Shown: positions 56,207-64,000 of the stretch, in pieces
How positions within the stretch are numbered: the first letter of the stretch is position 1
Layout of the letters: every line of letters begins with the position of its first letter
Source: an uncultured Bdellovibrionales bacterium
GTDB lineage: Bacteria; Patescibacteriota; Minisyncoccia; Moranbacterales; UBA1568
Reading direction: 5' to 3'
Length of the DNA stretch: 64,000 nucleotides
Assembly: GCA_964612055.1 (NCBI GenBank)
Contig: CAZTBI010000003.1
Coordinates: 40,268-104,267, forward strand
Position numbers and translations under genes: made by a program
Notes under the pieces: model-generated
What the model saw: the letters and a program-made list of their open reading frames with translations, nothing else
The model's database searches: none
What the model was told of the DNA's origin: nothing

Positions 56207-58261
56207 TTAGATATCCAGGTTCTTTACGGTTTTCGCGTAAGTCTGAATGAAACGGCGGCGTGGTTCCACTTCGCTACCCATCAAGATATCAAAGAGTTCA
56301 TCAGCGGCTTCGGCATCCTCGATCGTCACCTGAAGCATGATGCGATTGTCTGGATTCATGGTGGTCTCCCAGAGCTGTTCTGGGTTCATTTCTCCGAGAC
56401 CTTTATACCGCTGAATAGCGACGCCACCGATTGTTTCTGAACCTTCGGGAGCAGCTCCAGCTTCTACAACCTCCTCAACACCTGCAGCAGCTACTTTTGC
56501 CTTCTTCGCTTTTCTGGCATCCGCCTTGGCAGAGGCGTCCTTTCTCATATCATCGAGCACCCGCTCTTTTTCTGCATCGGTGTAGACATAGCGAACATCC
56601 TTCCCCTTGGCCAATCTATAGAGCGGTGGCTGAGCAATGTAGATGTTGCCGCCCCGAACCAATTCTTCGTAGTAACGATAAAAGAAGGTGAGGAGCAAAG
56701 TTCGAATATGCGAACCATCGACGTCGGCATCGGCCATGATAATAATCTTGTGGTAACGCAGTTTGGAGATATCCAACGTCTCACCGATCCCCACTCCGAG
56801 CGCAATGATAATCGGTTTCAAGGTGTCGGATTTTACCACCTTATCAAGACTGGTCTTTTCGACGTTCACGAGCTTACCACGAAGCGGCAAGATAGCCTGG
56901 AACATACGGTTGCGACCCTGCTTAGCCGAACCACCGGCCGAGTCTCCCTCTACGATGTACACTTCTGAACGACTGGCATCGCGACTGGTACAGTCAGCGA
57001 GTTTCCCAGGAAGCGTCATGCCTTCGAGCGCCCCTTTGCGAAGCACAGCGTCCTTGGCAGCACGAGCAGCGATACGAGCCCGCACGGTGAGCAAACACTT
57101 TTCAATCATGGCTCGCGCATCAGCTGGATGGGTATCGAGGAATTCATTGAGGGCTTCTGCGGTCACGGATGACACGGCGCCACGAACTTCCACGTTGTTC
57201 AGTTTATCCTTGGTCTGACCTTCAAACTGCGGATTGGCGAGCTTTACCGACACGACCGCGGTCAACCCTTCAGCCAAGTCCTCAGAAGTCATGGAGCCCT
57301 CTTTTTCCTTGAGGAGGTTATTCTTCTTGGCGTAGTCGTTTAAGACACGTGTCAGCGCCATCTTCAATCCCGTGACGTGCGTTCCACCGCCCGGGTTCAA
57401 AATGTTGTTGGCAAAAGCAAACAAGTGTTCTTTGAAACCATCGGTGAACTGGAGTGACACTTCGACATTGATGTTATCGATATTCTTCTCGACATAGAAC
57501 GGAGTCGTATTCTTCACCTCACGCTTGCGATTCAAAAACTTCACGAAAGAAATGATACCGGAATCGAAATAGAAGCCGTGGCGTTTTACTTTATACTCCT
57601 CGCTCTCATTCGTGACATCGCGCCAGTCTTCGACTTTGATGCGCACGCCCTTGGTAAGAAACGCTTGGTAACGGAGATACTCAAGGATCTTACTCCAAGA
57701 GTATTGAATTTCTGGAAAGATTTCCGGATCAGCCTGAAAAGCCACCGTTGTCCCGGTGCGATCTGATTTACCAATAGGTTTGACTGCCCCTTCTGGCTTG
57801 CCGCGCTTGTAGCTGTGAAACCAGGTCTTGCCCTGGCGTTCAACGGTCACTTTAGTATGGACCGACAAAGCGTTCACGACCGACACACCGACACCGTGCA
57901 ATCCTCCGGAGATTTTGTAGCCGCTCTCGCTCCCACCGAATTTTCCTCCCGCGTGGAGCACGGTCATAACCGTCTCGAGCGTGGACTTTTTGGTCTGGGG
58001 GTGAATATCAACCGGAATACCACGACCGTTATCAGCCACCTCGACCCAGTTGTCCGGCATGAGACGCACGGAAATTTCGTTACAGTGGCCCGCCATCGCT
58101 TCATCGATGGAGTTGTTCACTACTTCCCAGACGAGGTGATGAAGTCCTTCAAGTGAAGTACCGCCAATATACATACCAGGACGCTTCCGTACCGGGTCTA
58201 GCCCCTCCAACACTTGAATGGAACTGGCATTGTATCCTGTTGTTTCTGTCTTTTTCGCCAT
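56207..58261 (-). CDS. gyrB: DNA gyrase subunit B
   Basis: GHKL ATPase motif EVVNNSIDEAMAGHC; TOPRIM EGDSAGG; 684 aa. Confidence 0.95.
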   Translation of the reverse strand: MAKKTETTGYNASSIQVLEGLDPVRKRPGMYIGGTSLEGLHHLVWEVVNNSIDEAMAGHCNEISVRLMPDNWVEVADNGRGIPVDIHPQTKKSTLETVMTVLHAGGKFGGSESGYKISGGLHGVGVSVVNALSVHTKVTVERQGKTWFHSYKRGKPEGAVKPIGKSDRTGTTVAFQADPEIFPEIQYSWSKILEYLRYQAFLTKGVRIKVEDWRDVTNESEEYKVKRHGFYFDSGIISFVKFLNRKREVKNTTPFYVEKNIDNINVEVSLQFTDGFKEHLFAFANNILNPGGGTHVTGLKMALTRVLNDYAKKNNLLKEKEGSMTSEDLAEGLTAVVSVKLANPQFEGQTKDKLNNVEVRGAVSSVTAEALNEFLDTHPADARAMIEKCLLTVRARIAARAAKDAVLRKGALEGMTLPGKLADCTSRDASRSEVYIVEGDSAGGSAKQGRNRMFQAILPLRGKLVNVEKTSLDKVVKSDTLKPIIIALGVGIGETLDISKLRYHKIIIMADADVDGSHIRTLLLTFFYRYYEELVRGGNIYIAQPPLYRLAKGKDVRYVYTDAEKERVLDDMRKDASAKADARKAKKAKVAAAGVEEVVEAGAAPEGSETIGGVAIQRYKGLGEMNPEQLWETTMNPDNRIMLQVTIEDAEAADELFDILMGSEVEPRRRFIQTYAKTVKNLDI

Positions 58262-58298
58262 ACTTGCTTCAATTTATATCTTTATCATGATTCACTCT

Positions 58299-58781
58299 TT
58301 ATGCTTCATGCTTCACGAGTCTGCGAAACGTAAACTCAAGAAGGAGTACTGCCGCGAGAACGAGTAACGTATCCCACCACGTCAGCAGCCTGTTCATCTG
58401 CAAAAAAACAATAGCCTCAAAAAAAAGTGCCAGGAGAAATGCCTGCCGGAAAGCACCCCCCAAATGATGAGCAGCACTTGCCTCTCCGAGTCCTTTCCGA
58501 TACACCCAGGTAACACAGAGCGTTGTGATACCCAAGACGACGCCGAAAAAACTGACAAAGAAAAGAATCGACCCCACTGTCCCTGCTCGATACGGATCAA
58601 CCGCTAAAACGATACCAACGAAGGCGCCCAGTGAAAGGAGTAAAAACAAACGAATTCCCCACAAATAGGCAGTCAGTGACATAGGGTGAAAATAGACAAC
58701 CCTCTCAAAAAACCCTTGGCTAAAAGCAAGGATTTCTCTCTCTATTCTAGCGCTTTTCAAGAAAAAGGGCAATGCCTGCAT
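58299..58781 (-). CDS. hypothetical integral membrane protein (4 TM segments)
   Basis: ORF of 160 aa with hydrophobic helices; no family recognised. Confidence 0.45.
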   Translation of the reverse strand: MQALPFFLKSARIEREILAFSQGFFERVVYFHPMSLTAYLWGIRLFLLLSLGAFVGIVLAVDPYRAGTVGSILFFVSFFGVVLGITTLCVTWVYRKGLGEASAAHHLGGAFRQAFLLALFFEAIVFLQMNRLLTWWDTLLVLAAVLLLEFTFRRLVKHEA

Positions 58782-58820
58782 ACGGCCATTCCATCCCTTT
58801 TCTAAGCCATTTTTTTAGGA

Positions 58821-58854
58821 AAAATACAAAAACCAGCACTCTTTATATGCTGGC
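58821..58854 (-). terminator. rho-independent terminator after efp
   Basis: Minus strand CCAGCA-tataaagag-TGCTGG followed by TTTTTGTATTTTT. Confidence 0.7.
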
Positions 58855-58865
58855 TTCTGATTCTT

Positions 58866-59423
58866 CTAGGCACGAGAGACGTAGGTGCCTTTTTCAGTGT
58901 TGATGATGATACGATCACCCGTTTTGACGAAAAGTGGTGTGGTGACCTGGAGACCTGTTTCTAGGGTCACTACCTTGTCACCACCCGAAGCGGTATCGCC
59001 CTTCAACCCTGGAGGGGCATCTGTCACCGCGAGTGTCACTTTGACCGGAATTTCAATATTGATAGGGCTGCCATTCCAATTCAAAATACTGACTTCAGTA
59101 CCCTCGACCAAATACTTGGTCATACCAGAAAGGCTTTCCTCTGTCAGAAAAAACTGATCGTACGTTGCTGTGTCCATAAACTGGTACTGATCCCCTTCGC
59201 GATACAAATACGAAGCATGAGACTTCGACATTTCCGCTTCTTCCACTTTTTCTGCCCCAGTAAACGTAAAGTCGATAATCACACCCGAAAGAAGATTTTT
59301 CAGCTTGGTACGCATCACCGCCCCACCGCGACCGATCATCGAGTGCAGATAATCAAGCACCAGATACGGCTCGCCATTGTGGATGATAGTTCTCCCTGTT
59401 TTGATGTCTGTCAGACCTAACAT
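58866..59423 (-). CDS. efp: translation elongation factor P
   Basis: MLGLTDIKTGRTIIHNGEPYLVLDY...; start at MLGLTD, because the longer track ORF would overlap rpsR. Confidence 0.9.
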   Translation of the reverse strand: MLGLTDIKTGRTIIHNGEPYLVLDYLHSMIGRGGAVMRTKLKNLLSGVIIDFTFTGAEKVEEAEMSKSHASYLYREGDQYQFMDTATYDQFFLTEESLSGMTKYLVEGTEVSILNWNGSPINIEIPVKVTLAVTDAPPGLKGDTASGGDKVVTLETGLQVTTPLFVKTGDRIIINTEKGTYVSRA

Positions 59424-59424
59424 A

Positions 59425-59619
59425 CTAGCGAACAAGGTATGGAACGAGTGCCATGAAACGAGCGCGCTTGATGGCGAGTGCCAAACCACGCTGTTCCTTG
59501 GCGGAAAGACCATAACGCTTCGGAGGATACATCTTGCCCTGCGAGTTCAAAAACTTACGCAGAAAGTATGCGTCCTTGTAATCAACATTTGCTAACTTCT
59601 TACTCATTGCTGCTTCCAT
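59425..59619 (-). CDS. rpsR: 30S ribosomal protein S18
   Basis: [43 protein letters not shown]. Confidence 0.9.
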   Translation of the reverse strand: MEAAMSKKLANVDYKDAYFLRKFLNSQGKMYPPKRYGLSAKEQRGLALAIKRARFMALVPYLVR

Positions 59620-59645
59620 ACAATTGAATGATAATTGCTAACTGT

Positions 59646-60125
59646 TTAAAAGGGGACATCTTCAATCTTAATCTCTTCCCGCTCGTCCTCCAGATTAATC
59701 GTCGGGATTTCTTCCTCTACCGGTGCGCTCTTCGGTGAAGCGGCGGCGCCTCCTGCGGCTGGAGCGGCGGCACGAGCCATGCCCTGGCCCGATCCTTGAG
59801 CACGACTGCCGAGTTGCATGGTCTCGCCCACGATCTCGGTCACTTTGCGCTGTGAGCCATCTTTGGCAGTGTACTCCCTGGTCTGCAAACGTCCTTCGAT
59901 ATAGCACTCCTGTCCCTTGGTGAGGTATTGCCCAGCAATCTCAGAGAGACGTCCCCAGAGTACCACCGTGTGGAATTCGGTACGCTCCTGACGAGTACCG
60001 CCCTTATCAGTCCAAAAATTATTGGTCGCCATAGAAAGCGTCGCTACCGACTGACCGCTGGTCGTTGTCCGCATATCCGGGTCACGGGTCAGGCGACCGA
60101 CCAAAATCACTTTGTTGACGTTCAT
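59646..60125 (-). CDS. ssb: single-stranded DNA-binding protein
   Basis: OB fold VILVGRLTRDPDMR; acidic tail ending EDVPF. Confidence 0.92.
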   Translation of the reverse strand: MNVNKVILVGRLTRDPDMRTTTSGQSVATLSMATNNFWTDKGGTRQERTEFHTVVLWGRLSEIAGQYLTKGQECYIEGRLQTREYTAKDGSQRKVTEIVGETMQLGSRAQGSGQGMARAAAPAAGGAAASPKSAPVEEEIPTINLEDEREEIKIEDVPF

Positions 60126-60155
60126 AGATTTCCGTCTTAATGATTGTTTTGTATG

Positions 60156-60656
60156 TTAGATATCGAGCTTGGCCTTGAGCTGTTCATCGATCTGCTCCGT
60201 GCTGACAGCAGCCTTGGTCTCTTCTTCCTTGACTTGGACAATCGGAGCTGGCATCGGACGGACAGCGCCACGCTTTTCATAGCGGTTACCGCGATTTTCT
60301 GTTCGTGGACGCTCCTCACGCTCGATCGCTTTCAGTTCTGGCAACCCATCAGCATTGATAATGAGAGAGCGTAGGACATCCTTCGAAAGCTGCAGCGCCT
60401 TGTTGATCTCAGTCAGGGGGTGCACCTCTGGATCACTCTCGCGGTCATCTTTTCCTGGCAAGGTAAAACGACGGGCAATGTACGTGCCACGTGCTTCCTT
60501 TTTCACTGGATAGGCCATCTTGCGCTTCTCTTCTGTCTGCACTGGAAGAAACGTACCCCCAAAAGACACCACCAACTTTTCCACATCCTCACGAATACGG
60601 GCCAGTTCTGCGTCCTTCGACTCCCCAACCAAATAAAACAATTCGTACTCCACCAT
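60156..60656 (-). CDS. rpsF: 30S ribosomal protein S6 with an acidic/basic C-terminal extension
   Basis: MVEYELFYLV...; rpsF-ssb-rpsR gene order. Confidence 0.85.
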   Translation of the reverse strand: MVEYELFYLVGESKDAELARIREDVEKLVVSFGGTFLPVQTEEKRKMAYPVKKEARGTYIARRFTLPGKDDRESDPEVHPLTEINKALQLSKDVLRSLIINADGLPELKAIEREERPRTENRGNRYEKRGAVRPMPAPIVQVKEEETKAAVSTEQIDEQLKAKLDI

Positions 60657-60832
60657 AGTATTCAACTGGTATAAAAATTAAATCCCCAACAAAGAAAGCC
60701 TTTCCACTGGGGATACTGCTCCTTCTAGTCCTTTATCAGAGCTCTTCGACAGGCTCAGAGTAAAGGCGGAAGAAACGTCGGACTTTCTCAGTTGTTTTCC
60801 CATCGTACCAGAAACTTCTCCTTTTGGCAAGG

Positions 60833-60864
60833 GTAAACAAATACCACCGGTTTCCCGGTGGTAT
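60833..60864 (-). terminator. rho-independent terminator after the large surface-protein gene
   Basis: Minus strand ATACCACCGG-gaaa-CCGGTGGTAT followed by TTGTTTACCC. Confidence 0.7.
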
Positions 60865-60887
60865 TGTCTTTCAGAAAGTACCCCCTC

Positions 60888-63887
60888 TTAAGGAGCGACT
60901 TCTTTCCAGTTGTAGTCACAGGTCCGAGCACCAGGACAATTGAGTGTTCCTCCACAGCTATCCGAAGGGTGGAACTGATCCGTGGTACAGACAAGTTGCG
61001 CCTCATCGGTATAGTTACTGCAAGTCACTTTTGTACAGATAACCGTAATAGCAGAACTATCTGAAAGACTCGAATATGTCGCCTGAATAGTGACAGGGCC
61101 ACCAGGGGTAACACCAGTGACTCTTCCCTTACTACTACCGTTATCTACGCTAGCTATACCACTGTTAGAACTACTCCAATTCGCTGAACTCGTACGATCG
61201 GTTCCGTTCGGAGCAGCACAACCATTGAAGGTGACACCTGTAGTAGTATGCCAAGCCTTGAGAGAAGCTGTTCCTCCTTTGTCCCCTACTGTCGCAGAGG
61301 TCGGACAGACGTTGAGCGCTGCGGCGACAGGATTGGTAATGGTAATCGTTTTCGCAGTAAAGTTAGAGCCCGCTCCTTTACTATCCTGGGCAGAAGCCTG
61401 AATAATGTAAGTGCCAGGAGTAGACCAAGACTTTATTGCTGTCTGGCCAGTACCAGAGGCAACATAACCAGTGCTTGGATAGAATCGATCGACACTATTA
61501 TTCCCATCACCATCGAAGCCATAACGAAGCGTGTCTCCATCTGGATCAGTCGAAGTCATAACATAGCTATAGTTGGTACCAGTCACTCCAGTGGCAGGAC
61601 CAGTAATAGTCGGGACGTTCGGCGCACTATTGACATTGACAGTGACCGAATCTGAATCAGTGCTCGTGCCAGTAGAATCCTTGCAATCTATGGTAAGAAT
61701 ATGCGTACCAGCAGTCAATCCAGCAACTGAATAATCAGTAGCATTGAGAGCGACGCCTCTCCCTGCAGCAGGTGGAATAGTAAGTGAACAACTTGCGGCA
61801 TTGACACTTGTCCAAGTAAGGAGTGCTGTTCCGCCGGCAGGGATATTCACCGCCGGACCGCTCGCTTCAGCAGAATTGGTAAACTGTTTCCAGAAACCAA
61901 GTTGCTTCGCCTTTCCAGTCATCGTGACATCGACGTTACCACCACCCTTGCCACCTTGGCAATAACGGACATAGGCCACGTTATCGACGCTCATATCCTT
62001 ATCACAACAGGAAGTCACGCTCCCCTGGCTACTTGCAGAATTCCCTCCTTTACCAGAGGTACAGACGCCATTCGGATACTTGGAGCACCAGCCAGGGGCA
62101 CTGCCTGCCCAGCCGTCATAGACAGCCTCACCATCACCCCAACCCGGAGCAACACAGGTTGGCTTACCAACGACTCTCAGAGTAACACTCTCCGCTCGAG
62201 GATTGATATATCCGCTCATAGTAACACCAAGAGAAAGAGTGAAGGTACCTGGTGTCATGGGAGCCTTGAGCTTAACATCACTATATGAATTAAAAACACC
62301 CTCACGCAATTCCTGAGCCCTATAACTTTTTCCATCCAAATTTCCTGTATTATTTGAACCATTAACTCCGAAGAATGCACCCCCTGTCACTGGCGTGATA
62401 GGATAATCATCGCTACCAATCGTCTGCCCAATAATGATATCTTCTCCGGGAGAAAAAGTATCTTTAACATTGTAATGAACCATGATAGTCGTTGCTTGAG
62501 GGCAAGGATCATCAGGCCAGCAGTAGTAATTCAAATTATACCCCTTTGAAGCAGCTTGCACTTCTCCCGTCCAGCCAGTAAACAATGCTGAAGCAGCGAA
62601 GATAAAGAGGAGCGGCATCATCCGAGTTGTATTCATACGCTTCCGTGCGAGATAACCAATCACAATCAATACCGGGAGTGAGAACAAGAGAATCAGTCCC
62701 CATGACATCATGGGTGTCGAGGTCATTTCATTCAAAGTAGGTGTCACCGCTGCTGCACGCACTGGTACTCGTTCCCCGAAAGCACGCACTGCCTGGTCAA
62801 GCTTCTTCCCAGAAGCATCAGAGAGCGTCACCATGATGACTGGATAGCGACATTCTTTGTCTATCGTAAAGGCACCGGTACTTTCATTTTTTGTCACATC
62901 AAGAGGAAGTTTGAGTGATCCAGCACAGGCCTTACCTTCAGAAGTAAGTGAGAGAGCGACTTGGTACGTACTGTCATCATACGTTTCTGTCAGAACTGAA
63001 ACTGGTACCGTAGACTTCCCATCCTTCTGCTCCACTTCCGTATCAGCAATGGCAACAATCTTACCGCCGACACCCTCTATAGCAATCGGAGTCCGAACAG
63101 ATACACCCACTGGGCGATCATCACTATCAAGCGGGGTGATTTCTAATTGATAGAACCCTGCTGGCAGCGCCTGGGAAAGCGGCACCGCCACAGAAGCAGC
63201 CTGCTTCGACAAAGATACCTCTGTCCGTCCAACTTCAAAGGCCGGGGCATAGCGCGAGTCAGTCAAGCGAACAGAGACAGTGGTCATGCCCGCCTCTTCT
63301 CCGCTCCAGGTCGCTTGACACGCGACACTGACCTCCGCAGGAGCGCTTTCTTTCACCTTGATATCATCTGAGAGAGACTGGCCAGAAAAAGTACAGTCTG
63401 AGAGACTCACTCGTTCTGTTCCGGAAAACTTCATGTCATCCAGATTAACCATACTGATGAGATTTCCCTTTTCATCACTGGCCCCAACGGACACGGTATA
63501 GATGCCCGAAAGAAACTTCGGTGAAGGAACAGTAAATTCCACACGCTCTTCCGTATCGCCTGCTATGGTATAGAGTTCAGGTGTGCGGGCGATGTACAAA
63601 CGATCAGATCCTTTGGCGCTGGTATTCCGAAAGTCCACTCCGAGACGATACTTCTGTTGATCAGGGGAAGTATTCTTCAGTAAAAGACTAAAAACAAGGC
63701 TGCCACTATTCTCATCCCCTGCGGTATAGGGAGCCAAGATCTCAAGCGAGTCAGTGGCATAATCCGCTCCTACTACAGTCTCTGGAGCGAGCTTCTCTTG
63801 CGCCTGCACGTGCCCTGTATATGAAAAAATGCCAACACCTGCGAGTACTATCCACGCAAATGCCCCAAACACTCTAGATGCGTTCAT
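60888..63887 (-). CDS. large (~1000 aa) Cys-rich surface protein with signal peptide, two internal TM helices and a PKD domain
   Basis: Start at MNASRVFGAFAWIVLAGVGIFSYTGHVQA (signal peptide). Mid-protein hydrophobic pair LILLFSLPVLIVIGYLARKRM / MMPLLFIFAASALFTGW. PKD signature TDPDGDTLRYGFDGDGN near the C-terminus. Ends CPGARTCDYNWKEVAP. Confidence 0.7.
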   Translation of the reverse strand: MNASRVFGAFAWIVLAGVGIFSYTGHVQAQEKLAPETVVGADYATDSLEILAPYTAGDENSGSLVFSLLLKNTSPDQQKYRLGVDFRNTSAKGSDRLYIARTPELYTIAGDTEERVEFTVPSPKFLSGIYTVSVGASDEKGNLISMVNLDDMKFSGTERVSLSDCTFSGQSLSDDIKVKESAPAEVSVACQATWSGEEAGMTTVSVRLTDSRYAPAFEVGRTEVSLSKQAASVAVPLSQALPAGFYQLEITPLDSDDRPVGVSVRTPIAIEGVGGKIVAIADTEVEQKDGKSTVPVSVLTETYDDSTYQVALSLTSEGKACAGSLKLPLDVTKNESTGAFTIDKECRYPVIMVTLSDASGKKLDQAVRAFGERVPVRAAAVTPTLNEMTSTPMMSWGLILLFSLPVLIVIGYLARKRMNTTRMMPLLFIFAASALFTGWTGEVQAASKGYNLNYYCWPDDPCPQATTIMVHYNVKDTFSPGEDIIIGQTIGSDDYPITPVTGGAFFGVNGSNNTGNLDGKSYRAQELREGVFNSYSDVKLKAPMTPGTFTLSLGVTMSGYINPRAESVTLRVVGKPTCVAPGWGDGEAVYDGWAGSAPGWCSKYPNGVCTSGKGGNSASSQGSVTSCCDKDMSVDNVAYVRYCQGGKGGGNVDVTMTGKAKQLGFWKQFTNSAEASGPAVNIPAGGTALLTWTSVNAASCSLTIPPAAGRGVALNATDYSVAGLTAGTHILTIDCKDSTGTSTDSDSVTVNVNSAPNVPTITGPATGVTGTNYSYVMTSTDPDGDTLRYGFDGDGNNSVDRFYPSTGYVASGTGQTAIKSWSTPGTYIIQASAQDSKGAGSNFTAKTITITNPVAAALNVCPTSATVGDKGGTASLKAWHTTTGVTFNGCAAPNGTDRTSSANWSSSNSGIASVDNGSSKGRVTGVTPGGPVTIQATYSSLSDSSAITVICTKVTCSNYTDEAQLVCTTDQFHPSDSCGGTLNCPGARTCDYNWKEVAP

Positions 63888-64000
63888 AAGCAACAATAAA
63901 AATTTAGTTTTGATTTTTACATTTTTAATATACCACAAAATAAGCAAAAGAAAAAGGCACCCTGCATTACACAAGGTGCCATTCGGGAGATCCCGAAGAG

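Noticed and set aside
1-64000. rRNA, tRNA and CRISPR arrays
   Set aside because: Intergenic regions were scanned for GTTCGAATCC-type T-arms, anticodon stem-loops and regularly spaced direct repeats. None were found, and the only repeats are the two MITE-like copies and protein-encoded GGCTTC iterations inside the flotillin gene.

Overview
This 64 kb window is gene-dense and almost entirely transcribed from the minus strand; only rpmB and an LCP–pth pair lie on the plus strand. It resembles core chromosome from a small-genome bacterium. Ribosomal protein L30 is missing between rpsE and rplO and L9 is missing after rpsR, which is compatible with a CPR/Patescibacteria-like lineage, though the taxonomy is inference only. 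Housekeeping content, read left to right in coordinates, runs: a 5'-truncated ftsQ/DivIB-like gene, holB, two GT4 glycosyltransferases, mreB, murA, trxB, an SDR oxidoreductase, a CsoR/RcnR-family regulator with a textbook operator, murD, a D-aminoacylase, a coiled-coil protein, a gap–fba–tpiA–galT cluster, a GT2, ruvX, map, adk, secY, the complete spc/S10 ribosomal cluster (rplO back to rpsJ), tuf, fusA, rpsG, rpsL, an M50-like protease, rpmB, ndk, comEC split into two overlapping ORFs, nrdR, an L,D-transpeptidase, ftsZ, ftsA, dgkA, ybeY, a yqeY-like gene, rpsU, a HIT protein, hisS, lepB, an LCP protein, pth, rplY, gyrB, efp, rpsR–ssb–rpsF and a 1000-aa PKD-domain surface protein. No rRNA, tRNA or CRISPR array was recognised. 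Many sigma70-type promoters (TTGACA-17/18-TATAAT-like) and rho-independent terminators can be read directly from the sequence, and several promoters sit about 7 nt upstream of the ATG, which implies leaderless mRNAs. The accessory or unusual content is: (i) a visibly GC-richer two-gene small-protein cassette at 37.1–37.8 kb with its own consensus promoter, terminator and strong Shine-Dalgarno sites; (ii) an orphan gene with its own promoter inserted between fusA and tuf; (iii) two near-identical ~166-bp MITE-like hairpin repeats with terminal inverted repeats; (iv) a GC-rich NfeD–flotillin operon with an extra small upstream gene; (v) a zinc-ribbon gene driven by a promoter embedded in a 159-bp inverted-repeat element; (vi) the CsoR-like/operator/SDR/trxB redox module.
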